The position numbers were made by a program, and so were the translations under genes. From positions 597 to 64,596 of the forward strand of contig JADLBW010000279.1 in NCBI GenBank assembly GCA_020847515.1: DNA of 64,000 nt, read 5' to 3'. The notes under the pieces are model-generated. The model made no database searches and was not told the DNA's origin. It worked only from the letters and a program-made list of their open reading frames with translations. Of the stretch, positions 8,885 to 19,782 are shown in pieces. The stretch comes from Pirellulales bacterium. Its GTDB lineage: Bacteria; Planctomycetota; Planctomycetia; Pirellulales; Lacipirellulaceae. The first letter of the stretch is position 1, and the number at the start of each line of letters is the position of its first letter.

Positions 8885-9934
8885 TTAGGGGGCGGGGTTC
8901 GATTCCGGCGGACGCTCCGAATCGTCAATGGCCCCGTCGGCCTTGCCAGTGCGGCCCAGCCACTGGGTTGCCGCGTCGACGCCTTGGCCGATGAGTCTGC
9001 CGGAAAGCAGTTCCTCGGTGATCGAGGATCTGGCGGATGAAAAGTTGTGCCACACGCCCTCGATGTACGGGCCGCTGACTTTCGCAATCGTGGCGTAGTA
9101 GCCGCCAGCGCGTATCTCGCCCAGCGCGTCCCGGTAATAGTCGATCACATGGCGATCCAGCAGATTGCCGGCCACGCGGACCGACGACAGCGCCCCTCGG
9201 CCGATGCCGGCGATCCGCTCCAGCGCGTGCAATGTCATCGCGCCGGAGACTTCGAGCAGGCTCACTCGTTCGCTATCGGCCAGATGCCGCATCTCGTCCC
9301 ACAGCCGCGTTAGCTCAGCCTGCGGCAACGCCTTGGCCACGTCGATGCGCAAGGCAGCGTCGGCCGTTTGCTGGATCGTCTGGCGAATGCCGTCCAGCGA
9401 CAGCGGCGGCGTGTCGAAGGCGCTTGACGCCGCCGCGGCCGTCGCCCCAAGTGCGTCGAGGAGCTCCCCGGTGCTGTTGATCGTGGAATCACCCTCAATG
9501 ACGCCGGCTCGGCGTAGCTCTGCCGCGAGCTCGTTCAGATATGCTTTCGACCCATAGGCGAGGTCGCTCACAGCAGCCAACACCAACAGGGGCGATACAT
9601 GCACCGTCGCCAGTCCCGCCAGCTCGACGAAGTTGCCCACCGTCTTACGGGCGAGGTACTGATCGACCCGCGGCGAGGCGTTCGGACCCGCGGCGGTCGC
9701 CGCAATTCCGCCTACGTCCTGCACCAGAAAATCGAGGGTCTGCTGCACAAAAGCGCGATAAGTCTGGCAATCGCGGAGGGCGTGCGGAATCAGCAGCGTC
9801 GTTGATTCGCGCACCACGCCGCCGACCAGGCCGACGGTCGATCGAATCGCCCGTTCGGGCAGCGACAGGGTATACAGCAGTCGGTCGCCGGCAGGCGCCT
9901 TCCCCGGGGCGTCGCTTGGCTGGTCTTCATCCAT
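8885..9934 (-). CDS. Hypothetical alpha-helical protein
   Basis: 349-aa ORF starting 4 nt after the ribD stop, same strand. No motif recognised. Confidence 0.75.
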   Translation of the reverse strand: MDEDQPSDAPGKAPAGDRLLYTLSLPERAIRSTVGLVGGVVRESTTLLIPHALRDCQTYRAFVQQTLDFLVQDVGGIAATAAGPNASPRVDQYLARKTVGNFVELAGLATVHVSPLLVLAAVSDLAYGSKAYLNELAAELRRAGVIEGDSTINSTGELLDALGATAAAASSAFDTPPLSLDGIRQTIQQTADAALRIDVAKALPQAELTRLWDEMRHLADSERVSLLEVSGAMTLHALERIAGIGRGALSSVRVAGNLLDRHVIDYYRDALGEIRAGGYYATIAKVSGPYIEGVWHNFSSARSSITEELLSGRLIGQGVDAATQWLGRTGKADGAIDDSERPPESNPAP

Positions 9935-9938
9935 AGAG

Positions 9939-11051
9939 TTATCGTAATCGCCCGCGGATGTAGACGTCGGAGCCCAGCTCGTCGATGGTTGCGCTCTTCA
10001 AGCGCAGCGCCGCATTGATTGGCTCTATCCCCTGGCCGGCGATCGGACTGGGACCCGCGCCGCCGACCAGCTTAGGGGCGACAAAGACATGAACCTCGTC
10101 CATCGCGGAGGCGTCTAACAGCGAGCCGAGCACTCTGGCGCCGCCCTCGACCAGGACGTTCGTCATCAGCCGCCGACCCAGTTCGTCGAGCAACTCGAGC
10201 CAGCGGGCGGACGGCGTAACGGCCAACTGGCTCGACTGCCAGACTTCAACTCCGGCGGCTGCCAAGGCTTGTCGGCGCTCGGCCGGTGCATTGAACGCGG
10301 CCGCGATCATGACCGGCGCATCAGTAACCGTCCGCACGAGCTGGCTTTCCAGGGACAACAGCGCCTGCGAGTCCAGAATTATACGCGTGGGCTTGCGGGG
10401 GCCCGGCGGCCGGGCTGTCAGCAAGGGATCGTCCCTTTCAACCGATCCGCGACCCGCGACGATTGCGTCGACGCGGCCGCGAAGCTGGTGCACGACGGCG
10501 CGGGATTGCTCGCCGCTTATCCACTGGCTGTCGCCGGCGGACGTGGCCAGCTTTCCGTCAAGGGTCATAGCCCACTTGGCGATGACCCAGGGACGATGCT
10601 CAACCATCAGCTTCGCGAAGGGCGCCAGCAATTCGCCCCCCTCGCGCGCCAGCAGGCCAAGCTCGCAGGGAATCCCCGCCGCCTGCAGCCGGGCTAACCC
10701 GCGACCCTGGACAAGCGGATTGAAGTCGCGGCACGCGACGACGACCCGCCCCACGCCCGCCCGTTGCAATGCCGCCGTGCAGGGCGGCGTCTTGCCCGTA
10801 TGATCGCATGGCTCGAGCGTGACGTACGCCGTCGCGCCCGCGGCGGAGGAGCCAGCGGCGCGGAGGGCTTCGATCTCGGCATGCGGTCCGCCGTAGCGCT
10901 GGTGCCACCCTTCGCCGACGACGCTGCCTCCGTGCACTAGCACGCAGCCCACCATGGGGTTCGGTTCGACATATCCTTCGCCGCGGCGCGCCAGTTCTAG
11001 CGCCCGCGCCATGAACCGATGATCGTCGTCGCTGACCGCGGCGAGGCTCAT
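9939..11051 (-). CDS. ribD: Riboflavin biosynthesis deaminase/reductase RibD
   Basis: PNPMVGCV, HAE, YVTLEPC, TPPC, KWAMTLDGK, DDPLLTAR, VLVEGG. Confidence 0.96.
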   Translation of the reverse strand: MSLAAVSDDDHRFMARALELARRGEGYVEPNPMVGCVLVHGGSVVGEGWHQRYGGPHAEIEALRAAGSSAAGATAYVTLEPCDHTGKTPPCTAALQRAGVGRVVVACRDFNPLVQGRGLARLQAAGIPCELGLLAREGGELLAPFAKLMVEHRPWVIAKWAMTLDGKLATSAGDSQWISGEQSRAVVHQLRGRVDAIVAGRGSVERDDPLLTARPPGPRKPTRIILDSQALLSLESQLVRTVTDAPVMIAAAFNAPAERRQALAAAGVEVWQSSQLAVTPSARWLELLDELGRRLMTNVLVEGGARVLGSLLDASAMDEVHVFVAPKLVGGAGPSPIAGQGIEPINAALRLKSATIDELGSDVYIRGRLR

Positions 11052-11052
11052 C

Positions 11053-13179
11053 TTACGGCGTCCAGATGACCGGCTGTTTGCCGCCGGCAGGCGCCGACGG
11101 CGAGGAAGTTGCTTGATCCGGCGTCCAGAGACGGCCTGCAGGTTGTGAGGCGGCGCCCGGGGCGGGGATGGGACCGGCGTCCGGCCCGCCAGGGTGCTGC
11201 AAAAGGCCGGAACTGTGCAGCAGTTGGAAAATGGCCTCGGCGACGCCGGGTTCGTTCATGTGGTTGGCGCGAATTTCATCGAACACGTTCTGGACGCCTG
11301 CCGGATCGCCGCGTTCGATTTGCACCTCCAACTCCAGAAGCGCCCATTCGCCGGTCTTGCGGTTGGACTGTTCGGCCCAATGCTTGGCGCGGGCGATCCA
11401 ATTGAGCGCCTGATCGGGATCCGGTTCCGCGCGAATCAAGTAACGGAAGACCGCCCCGATCTCAACGGACGACGTGTCGCGGGAAACAATCTCCTGAGCC
11501 AATGCCAACATCGCCAGACCAGCGCCCGACAGTCCAGCTCGATGAAACAGCCTGAGGAGTCGATCCATCGGCAAGTTCGTCAGATCGAGCCGCGGGATGC
11601 GAATCAGCGGCAGCCGATCGAAATCGAGATTTTCCGGATTGATCGCCGGCTGGCGCGGCAGCCCCAATTGCTCGCGCAGTTCCTGGAACATCGCCCGTTC
11701 GTTCGGATCGCTCGCAGCCTGCTCCACAATCACTACGGCCGCGGCTAGCGGAATGCGAAGTTCAGGCCGGCCCGCCGCTTCGCGCGCCGACAAACCGCCC
11801 AAGCCTGCCAACGGCGTCGCCGCCCAATCCTCGAAGATCGCGCGGCGGCGGCGTTGCCGGAGCAGCTCGCGACGATGTTCTAGCGGCGTATCGTTGGGAA
11901 GCCTCCATCGCCAACTAAGCGCTTCCTCCGAGAGGAGCCTTTCGCCGATGGAATGGACTTGTACTTCCTCGCCGATCGCGTCGCCGAGGATCTCGCGGAT
12001 GAGCGACTGCACTTCGTCGAACTGCTTGCCCTGATCGGTCGTTACCATTAACTGGGCTTCGCGGTCCGTCCGCTTGCCGTAAACGCTCAGGAAGGCCAGG
12101 ATGCTCGGAGCGTCTTCCAACGCGAGGTCAACGCCGCTGGGCGGAACCGGTCGATCCAGCAGAAGATGGGTGCTGCGCGGGCGGGTCACTTCGTCTTCGT
12201 CGAGCGATTCGGGATCGAGCTCATAGCGTTCAATCCGTTTGTCGGAAGCAAGCCGCTCGGCGGCCGCATCCTCATTCGCCAACGGATAGACGAGCCGAAC
12301 GGACGCGAGCTGCGGCTCTTCAAGCGACGGGTCGACAAGTTGAGCAAGGGCTTCCGCCTCGACGGCGTCGTCAAAGGGTATATTGAGCCTGGCATAGCGA
12401 TGCATGCCGACGGCGAACCGCGCATCGTCGCCGAGCCAGCCTTGGACTAGCGCGAGGTTGTATACGACCGGGGGCTGCGGATTGGCCTCGTTGAGCAGCT
12501 TCTGGAACTCGGCTTCCGCGCGGCGCCAGAGGCCGCGACGTGCGAGTCGATTACCTTCGTTAAACGCCGCCTTGTTAGCATTGGCGAACTGCGACGGCGG
12601 CTCCTGCAATTGAAGATTGTCTCGCAACAACAGCGGCAGACCGCTTTGGAGGTTCAGCCGTACAAGCAGATCCATGCCGCGCGTGTCGCCCGCGGGCGCA
12701 ACGCCGGCATAAAGGGTGAGGTGAGCCCGCGCCGCCACGATGTCCCCCGCCAACAGCAGCGCGTGCCCCACGGCGCCAATCGCCTCGAACACGCGTTGCG
12801 GCATGGCGTTATCCGTGCGCTCCAGTGCGTCCTGCAGCTTCGCAACAGCCTGCTCCACCTCGTCGCGCATGGCTGCCAGAACGGCCGCCTGCGCATGTGC
12901 CGAGGGATTTTCAGGATCGATCTGTAGGAAATGTCGGATCGTCTTCTCGGCCGCATCCATCTCGTCGACGGAGAGTTCCAGCATTGCCCGCATGTCGAGC
13001 AAGGAGGTCCGATTGGGCTCTTTCTCCAGCAGGTGGGCGACGTGCTTGAGCGCAGCATGTGGCTGGTCGCCGGCGACGAGCTTGGAGATCTTCTCAATGT
13101 CGGCCACGAGGTCCGAGCAGCAGAATTTCAGCTTCTTGCCGCTTCCGCAGGGGCACGGAGCGTATGGATCAACAGCCAT
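11053..13179 (-). CDS. SEC-C motif and TPR-like repeat protein
   Basis: N-terminal DPYAPCPCGSGKKLKFCC (SEC-C) followed by TPR-like helices. Stop is 1 nt before the ribD start. Confidence 0.8.
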   Translation of the reverse strand: MAVDPYAPCPCGSGKKLKFCCSDLVADIEKISKLVAGDQPHAALKHVAHLLEKEPNRTSLLDMRAMLELSVDEMDAAEKTIRHFLQIDPENPSAHAQAAVLAAMRDEVEQAVAKLQDALERTDNAMPQRVFEAIGAVGHALLLAGDIVAARAHLTLYAGVAPAGDTRGMDLLVRLNLQSGLPLLLRDNLQLQEPPSQFANANKAAFNEGNRLARRGLWRRAEAEFQKLLNEANPQPPVVYNLALVQGWLGDDARFAVGMHRYARLNIPFDDAVEAEALAQLVDPSLEEPQLASVRLVYPLANEDAAAERLASDKRIERYELDPESLDEDEVTRPRSTHLLLDRPVPPSGVDLALEDAPSILAFLSVYGKRTDREAQLMVTTDQGKQFDEVQSLIREILGDAIGEEVQVHSIGERLLSEEALSWRWRLPNDTPLEHRRELLRQRRRRAIFEDWAATPLAGLGGLSAREAAGRPELRIPLAAAVVIVEQAASDPNERAMFQELREQLGLPRQPAINPENLDFDRLPLIRIPRLDLTNLPMDRLLRLFHRAGLSGAGLAMLALAQEIVSRDTSSVEIGAVFRYLIRAEPDPDQALNWIARAKHWAEQSNRKTGEWALLELEVQIERGDPAGVQNVFDEIRANHMNEPGVAEAIFQLLHSSGLLQHPGGPDAGPIPAPGAASQPAGRLWTPDQATSSPSAPAGGKQPVIWTP

Positions 13180-13403
13180 GGCGGCGTTTTCCCGGTCAGA
13201 GTGAGTCGTAGAACTGCCAGTTCCAGGCAGTTAATCCTATCACGGCGGCGCACGGCCGACGACCCGGTACGATGCGGCGCTGGCGCTGCGCCGCGCGGGG
13301 CGACGGCTGCTGGCGGGCTCGTCCAACGCCGTGCGAGCATTGCCGTGAGCAGATGCACTGGGGCCTGTGAAGCCTCTGTGCCTGCGGCAGCGAGCTTGCT
13401 GCG

Positions 13404-14459
13404 TCAGGGCCGTGCCAGACTCGCCCTTTTTTGGGCGATCAAACTCTGCAAATCGCGTTGCGGTTCGGCGAATTTCCGAACTCCTTCGTACATGAGAACG
13501 GCCTCCATGCGGTCGACGTCGACTTTGGCGGCAATCTCGTCCAGCACCGCTCGCGGCGGGATTTCGTCGATGGTTCGAGTAAAGGTTCGGCCGCTGGCCT
13601 CAACGGCGGCGTTGGTGGCCGGCGGATTCGTCTGGATGTCGCTCCCCACCAAGGCCTCCACATATTTCCACGGCGGGTCGGTCGGTTTTTTCGCGCCGGT
13701 GCTGGCGAACACGATCTCCTGGGCCAAGGGCGTTTCATGCCGCATCCAGAAGTCCTGGTTAGCTCGCCAGATCTCCTTCACATTCGCCAGCCCGACTTGC
13801 CCCTGGGCGCTGGGCGACAACTCGGGCAGGTGCTTCTCGGTATAAACGTCCACGCGAGAGATGAAAATGCTGTAAACGCTCTTGAATCGTCCCAAAGTAT
13901 GATGTCGCTGGGCGCCGCGCCACACAGCGTCGCGAGCCGCGACGTACTGCCGCATCGAAAACACAAGCGTGACGTTGATCGGCACGCCGTGCGCGGCCAA
14001 CTCTTCCAGCGCGTCGATGCCCGCGGGCGTCGCCGGCACCTTGATCATTCGATTGGCCTGATCGGCCGACCATTGTTGGCCTAGTTCAATGTATTGCGCA
14101 GTCCGCTCGGCCTGGGAAAGCGTACCGGCAGGGTCTTCGAGCAACGGGTCGAGTTCGAAGCTCACATAGCCGTCGTTGCCGCGAGTATTATCCCAGACGG
14201 GGCGAAAGACCTCTTGCGCTGCCGCGACGATGCGATCGGTCACCCCCCACGCCACGTCGCGATCCGAAAGGCCGTCGTTCATCAGTTCTGCCAGTTGGGC
14301 GTCGTACCGACCCGTTTTGATCAGGTCGCTGATGATGATCGGGTTTGACGTGGCGCCGGTGGCGCCCAGTGCATAATTGGCGGCAACTAACTCAGGATCG
14401 ACTGAGTCAAGCCACAGCTTGGTGCCAGCCTGGATGATTGAGGCGAGAGGCGAGTTCAT
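13404..14459 (-). CDS. tal: Transaldolase family protein
   Basis: [26 protein letters not shown] (Schiff-base Lys), [21 protein letters not shown]. Start at ATG 14459 after an AGGAG RBS. Confidence 0.9.
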   Translation of the reverse strand: MNSPLASIIQAGTKLWLDSVDPELVAANYALGATGATSNPIIISDLIKTGRYDAQLAELMNDGLSDRDVAWGVTDRIVAAAQEVFRPVWDNTRGNDGYVSFELDPLLEDPAGTLSQAERTAQYIELGQQWSADQANRMIKVPATPAGIDALEELAAHGVPINVTLVFSMRQYVAARDAVWRGAQRHHTLGRFKSVYSIFISRVDVYTEKHLPELSPSAQGQVGLANVKEIWRANQDFWMRHETPLAQEIVFASTGAKKPTDPPWKYVEALVGSDIQTNPPATNAAVEASGRTFTRTIDEIPPRAVLDEIAAKVDVDRMEAVLMYEGVRKFAEPQRDLQSLIAQKRASLARP

Positions 14460-14980
14460 GGCTGACGCTCCTGGCAGGATGTAAGAGGGGGCGGGCGTTC
14501 GCGGGCCGGCCGAGCCGCCCGCATGCAAAATTCAAAAGGCAAGAACTACTGACTGCCGCGTAGCTTATGAACCAGTGGCGCTTCTGGCAGTCGGCTTTCA
14601 GTCATTTGCTAGCGGCTAGGATCAGGCGCTTTCCCTCCGGCCGCCGGGCCGATTGGCAGGCGCTATTCACTAGCGGCCCAGTTCTTAATTAAGGGCTGAC
14701 GTGCACAAACCGATGATCGGTCCCACCCCATCGCCAGGTTGCGGCGAGGGCGTTTGGCAGCCGCTGCCGCCAACTCTCGCTAGCGGGGAGGCAGCCTAGG
14801 GAAGTTATCGCCGCCTTGCGGCTGGCGGCAAGTGTGGCGGTAGTTCGGTTCGTTACGTTTTTGTCGATTCTAGCGGTTATTCCTACACGCGTGGTGGACG
14901 GCGGACGATTAAACAGTTGTGCAAACGCCGGCGCATCTTCCGCGCCGGTGGGGGACCGTTTGGCGTGGGGAGATAGTCCG

Positions 14981-16318
14981 GTGAAAAACATCTGTGCGCT
15001 CCTTGTCGTTGTCCAGCTTGCTGCGGCAAGCCAGTTGGCCGGGGCACAGCAAGCAGGACCAGACGGGCCGTTGACCAGCGATTTGCCGCCGGCGCTTGAG
15101 CAACCCGCGGACGACCCCGGCGCCCTCGATCGAAGCGCCAGCCCGAACGAAGGGGCGGCCGACTCCCTGACGCCAATTCCCGAACCGATTGCGGCGGGCG
15201 AGGGGGAGTTCGATGAGTTCGACGGATCGATTCTTGGCGAACCGATGAAAATGCTCGCCGGATGTACGCCGCTCTTCGAAAGCTCAGGCACGTGGTTGCG
15301 GCGCGGTTTCTGGTTCGGCGAGGTCGATTACTGGATGATGAACCGCAGTTGGGACAAGAAAGGAGTCACGCTCGCCCGCGAGGAAGCGGTCCGATCGAAC
15401 AATCCTACCGGGCTGACGCCGTTTGTTGTCGCCAACGTCTTGAATCTCGAAGGTCACAGCCCCGGCGCCGAGGGGATGGGCCGGGTGAAGTTGGGACGGT
15501 TCCTGTTCCGCGACAGCCGTAATCGAGATCACCTGCTCGAGGCGTCGTGGTGGGGCGGCGGCTCGTTCGAGCAGGCCGTGTCGCTCGAATCGGCTACTGC
15601 CAGCGCCGCCGCGAACACCGGCCTGCAGGTGTCTAATTTCATAGATCGCGTCAACCCGTCGTTCGACGGCGCCTCGGCGATGGACTTCTTCTATCGAAAC
15701 CAGACGAACAGCGCAGAAGTCAACTACGAGGTTCGTCAGCGCATGGATCGGGATCAGCTCGTGCTGCAGCCCAGCGGTCAATGGGTGCGGACGGCGTCGC
15801 CGACGCGGACGCTCTCGTTCTTGACGGGCATACGTTACGTGAACCTGCGGGAATTGCTGGACTGGAATTCGACCGACAACGTCGCCACCACGGCAACCGA
15901 TGAAGGCGGCTTCTACAATGTCATGACCGAGAACAATCTGCTGGGCACGCAAATCGGCGGGTCGCTTTCGCAGGAAACCGCCCGCTGGAGCGTCACGGCT
16001 TCGGCCAAGGCCGGCGCCTATTGGAACCGCATTGATCTCAACTCCAGCTTCCAGGTCGGCGAGACGACCGTACGCACCAGCGGCCGGACCAACAGCGAAG
16101 AAGACGACCTGGCATTCGTTGGCGAGGCGGAGATACTCGGCAAGTGGCATCTTCGCCCGAACGTTTCGCTGCGTGCGGGCTTCGGTCTGCTGTTCATCGA
16201 TTCAGTCGCCCTGGCGCCGCACCAGGTGAATTTCGTCCCGGGCGGCTACACCGCCATTGCCAACGCGGGCGACAGCGTGTTCCTGGGCGGATCGTTGGGG
16301 CTGGAATCTTACTGGTAA
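14981..16318 (+). CDS. Planctomycete outer-membrane beta-barrel protein (BBP7-like)
   Basis: Signal peptide, acidic Pro-rich linker, then alternating beta-strands (GIRYVNLRE, TENNLLGTQIG, LRPNVSLRAGF, VALAPHQ). Terminal aromatic residue (GLESYW). GTG start inferred. Confidence 0.75.
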   Translation: MKNICALLVVVQLAAASQLAGAQQAGPDGPLTSDLPPALEQPADDPGALDRSASPNEGAADSLTPIPEPIAAGEGEFDEFDGSILGEPMKMLAGCTPLFESSGTWLRRGFWFGEVDYWMMNRSWDKKGVTLAREEAVRSNNPTGLTPFVVANVLNLEGHSPGAEGMGRVKLGRFLFRDSRNRDHLLEASWWGGGSFEQAVSLESATASAAANTGLQVSNFIDRVNPSFDGASAMDFFYRNQTNSAEVNYEVRQRMDRDQLVLQPSGQWVRTASPTRTLSFLTGIRYVNLRELLDWNSTDNVATTATDEGGFYNVMTENNLLGTQIGGSLSQETARWSVTASAKAGAYWNRIDLNSSFQVGETTVRTSGRTNSEEDDLAFVGEAEILGKWHLRPNVSLRAGFGLLFIDSVALAPHQVNFVPGGYTAIANAGDSVFLGGSLGLESYW

Positions 16319-16542
16319 CGGCGAGCGGTCCTCTCCCTGCACGACGAACGTTCGGGGGTCAGCGAAGGAACCGACCGCCCGCGGCGCCCTTCACGGCCCG
16401 CTGACTTGCGCGCTGCTGATAGCAGGACGCTTTGTCACGGATTGCCGCAGCCGCCGCTTATGCGGCAATGCGTGCGAAACGCCCCCGCTTCTGCGGCCAG
16501 AGCGGCATAGACTGGGCCTGCAAATCTCGGTAGCTTAGGGTG

Positions 16543-16558
16543 CTGGCACGTAAGCTGC
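16543..16558 (+). promoter_or_regulatory. Candidate sigma54 (-24/-12) promoter
   Basis: CTGGCACG-TAAG-CTGC gives exact GG-N10-GC spacing, about 100 nt upstream of the MMPL gene. Confidence 0.55.
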
Positions 16559-16654
16559 CAGAGGTTCCGCGTTGCGAATGGAATCTGGCCGTTCCACGTC
16601 GGCCGCCGCCGCCGTGGTCCACGGCAATGGGAACCCTCATGGGCCGAGACGCAG

Positions 16655-19600
16655 ATGACGCAATCTTCTTTTCTGGCCCGGCGGACGCTCGGCCCGCCCA
16701 ACTACTTCCTCATCGCCGTGGCAGCGGCGTTTATCTTGGGGCTGATCCCCCACGGCGTTTGGCGGGCCGTGGAACGGAATGACAATGCCGTTGCGAACTG
16801 GCTGCCGGCAGAACATGCCGCCGTGCGCGATTTCGCATGGTTCCAGGCACAGTTTCGGGGCGGGCAATTTATCGTCGCGAGTTGGGACGGCTGCACGCTT
16901 GGCAATGACGAGCAACTGCGGTCGCTGGCGCGGCGGCTGCGAGCCAACGATCGCCCCTCCGACCCCGCCGATGCAGCGCGTCGTTCCCTGTTGTTTTCCA
17001 AAATCTTTACAGGTCCCGAAATGGTGGAGCGGATGACCGCCCCGCCGATCGGGCTCTCTCGCACCGAAGCTGTTGCACGGCTGGAAGGCTTCCTGGTCGG
17101 GCCGCTGACCGAGGCAGCTCGCACCAGCGGCCAGGGCGATGCTTCGCGGGCGACCTGCCTGATTGCCTTCTTGACGCACAACGGGGCGCGCGACGGCCAG
17201 CTCCGCAGAGAGGCGGTCAGCACCCTCTCCGCGATTGCTACAACCCAGTGCGGCATCGCCGCCGACTCGCTCCGGCTGGCAGGGCCGGCCGTGCAGGACG
17301 CAGGCGTTGGCGCCGCGGCGGAAGCCGCCCTGGCGCGGTGGGCGCCGCTGTGTGTCATTGCGGGCGTCGGCTTGGCCTTCTTCAGTCTTCGAAGCTGGAA
17401 GCTCGCCGTGACGCCAGTTGCCGTCGCGGTCTTCGCCGCTGCGATGAGCCTGGCGCTGGCGTACTACTTGGGCGCCTGGAAGGCCGCGGCCGCAGGGCCT
17501 TCCGCCCCCTGGTGGACGGCGGTGGACGCCATGACGCTGATGATACCGGCCGTGGTCTATGCGCTGACGCTTGCCGCGGCGCTTTACGTCTTGAACTATT
17601 ATCTGGCGGCCCGCAGAGAATTTGGAGCTGACGGGGCGGCGGAATCGGCAGTGAGACAGGCGTGGTGGCCGTGCTTCATGGCATCCGTCGGGCTGGCCGC
17701 GGCGCTGGGCGTCTTGGTAGCGAGCGAATTGGAGCCGATTCGGCGATTCGGGTTGTACACGGCCATTGCGATCGTGGCGGGCTTGGCGCCTACCTTGGCT
17801 TTGCTACCAGCGGCGCTGCACCGCTGGTCGCGCAGCGATCACAGGACGCCTCCCCGATACGCGGATCGCAGCAGTGCGGCAAGCCTCGCCTGGCCAGAGC
17901 GATTCGCAGCCTATTTCATTCGACACAATGGCCTGACGGCGGGCCTTGCGATCGTGGCAGGGTGCGCCATGGGAGCCGGGCTGCTGCAACTAACGATTAC
18001 CGGGCGTCCGCTGGCGCTGGTCGACAATCGCGGCGACTTGATCCGGGACTATGACTGGTTCGAGAGCCGTCTTGGCGGCCAAATGCCCGTGGAACTGGTG
18101 CTTACCATGCCGCCCGAGCGGATGCGCACAGGCGATCAAGCGGCGGATCAGGACGGGCAGCAATATCGCATGACATTGGACGAGAAAATCCATCTCATAA
18201 GCGAGATTCACAGCCGCCTGGCTGCCCGATCGATGGTTCGCGGGGTTTTTTCTGCCGCAAGCTTAGCGCCCGCCTCGCCGGCCGCCAATTCCGGCCACGG
18301 AGCCGGCAATGAGTCTGAGCGGATGTCGGCGGCCGCGGCTCAACGTCGAGGGCTGATCGATACGGATTGTCTGCAGATGGAACGCAGCCTGGCCTCCGGC
18401 GAGCCGACCGGGCGCGAGCTGTGGCGGATCGCCGCCAGGGTATCGGCGCTCAACAACGGCGAGCCGAGCGTCGATTACGACGCCGTCAGCGCGGAGTTGC
18501 GGCAAACTGCCGCGCCCGTGCTGCTGGCCTATGAGCAGCGGGATGAGATCATCCGCCAGTTGAGCGCCCGGGGGCGACGACTCAGCGAATCGCGGATCGC
18601 CATCTTGTTTCATAGCGACGGCGATACAGCACAGCCCCCCGCGGACGCGCCGGAGGCGATGCTCGGCAACCTGCTCACGCAAAGCGGCATCCCTGAGGGC
18701 GCCCTCTCGTACGTCAATCTGGCGAAGGCCGAACCGGCTGCCGCGGACGCGGCTCCCGCTGGCGCAGAGCAGGCCGAATGGCTGCGGCCGCTTGCCCACC
18801 ATGACGCGGTCGTCGCGCTCGTTCCAGACGTCGCCCCAGTCGGCAAACTGCGGGAGGCGGGAATGCCAATTGTGGATCTTGCGCATTTGCCAAGGGTCGA
18901 AGAATCGGCCGCCGTTAATCTGGTTGCCGTGCCCGGACAACGACCGATCCGAGCCCTCGAAACAGGCGTCGCATCGCTGCTTCGAGACGCCCGCCGCAGC
19001 CTGGCGGAAGGGTTCGCCAACCGCGTGCTGTGGATGGCGGCACTTGTATTTTGCGCGATGACCCTCGCAGTCTGGAGCCCCATGGGGGCGCTTGTGGCTA
19101 TGGTTCCCATCCTGTTGCCCGCGGCGGTAGCGCTCGGCGCCATGGGCTGGCGAAGCCCGCCGATTGATTTCGGGACGCTGCTCGCCGCGAGCGTGGGATT
19201 GGGCACGTCATTGGTTAGCGTCTTGCACTATCTGACCTGGTTCCGCCGCGCTAGCTTTATTGGCTACGGCCGCAAGGACGCGGCGCTTATCGCCAGCGAT
19301 CGTTGCGCTGCTGCCGCAATGCAGACGTTCCTCGTTGCGGGCCTGGGAATGCTGCCGTTGGCGCTGAGCGGGTTTGCGCCCCTGCAGAAGTTGGCGCTGC
19401 TGGGCGCCGCGCAGTCGGGATTGGCGGTCGTATGCACAGTGGCGGTGCTGCCGGCCATCGCAGGCGGGCCGCTCGGTCGATTTTTCGGCGGCGCTGTTCT
19501 GCCTGTAGATGTGCGCGATGCGCCCGGTCCGTCCGTCAGCGCCGACTCGTCTAACGATTGGCCAACCCAGCCGGCCGGACGCCCCGCCGCGATGGTGCGG

Positions 19601-19732
19601 ATAGACGCCGGCAGTCGTCCGCAGATGGCCGCCGTTTCGGAGCGGCGCGACGAGGTGGAAGAGCCGCACGCCGACTTGCACGAACGGCTCAGGCGGCTGC
19701 GCCGCAGGGCCGGCGATTCTCCGAGTAATTGA
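16655..19732 (+). CDS. MMPL/RND-superfamily membrane protein (divergent)
   Basis: Two TM blocks separated by large periplasmic loops. NAVANWLP, IVASWDGCT, LRLAGP, YDWFESRLG, ELWRIAARV, HYLTWFRR. Confidence 0.8.
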   Translation: MTQSSFLARRTLGPPNYFLIAVAAAFILGLIPHGVWRAVERNDNAVANWLPAEHAAVRDFAWFQAQFRGGQFIVASWDGCTLGNDEQLRSLARRLRANDRPSDPADAARRSLLFSKIFTGPEMVERMTAPPIGLSRTEAVARLEGFLVGPLTEAARTSGQGDASRATCLIAFLTHNGARDGQLRREAVSTLSAIATTQCGIAADSLRLAGPAVQDAGVGAAAEAALARWAPLCVIAGVGLAFFSLRSWKLAVTPVAVAVFAAAMSLALAYYLGAWKAAAAGPSAPWWTAVDAMTLMIPAVVYALTLAAALYVLNYYLAARREFGADGAAESAVRQAWWPCFMASVGLAAALGVLVASELEPIRRFGLYTAIAIVAGLAPTLALLPAALHRWSRSDHRTPPRYADRSSAASLAWPERFAAYFIRHNGLTAGLAIVAGCAMGAGLLQLTITGRPLALVDNRGDLIRDYDWFESRLGGQMPVELVLTMPPERMRTGDQAADQDGQQYRMTLDEKIHLISEIHSRLAARSMVRGVFSAASLAPASPAANSGHGAGNESERMSAAAAQRRGLIDTDCLQMERSLASGEPTGRELWRIAARVSALNNGEPSVDYDAVSAELRQTAAPVLLAYEQRDEIIRQLSARGRRLSESRIAILFHSDGDTAQPPADAPEAMLGNLLTQSGIPEGALSYVNLAKAEPAAADAAPAGAEQAEWLRPLAHHDAVVALVPDVAPVGKLREAGMPIVDLAHLPRVEESAAVNLVAVPGQRPIRALETGVASLLRDARRSLAEGFANRVLWMAALVFCAMTLAVWSPMGALVAMVPILLPAAVALGAMGWRSPPIDFGTLLAASVGLGTSLVSVLHYLTWFRRASFIGYGRKDAALIASDRCAAAAMQTFLVAGLGMLPLALSGFAPLQKLALLGAAQSGLAVVCTVAVLPAIAGGPLGRFFGGAVLPVDVRDAPGPSVSADSSNDWPTQPAGRPAAMVRIDAGSRPQMAAVSERRDEVEEPHADLHERLRRLRRRAGDSPSN

Positions 19733-19782
19733 ACGGCGCGGACGATCGCAGAAGTATGGCCGGGGGACGTGAGTCTATCCCG

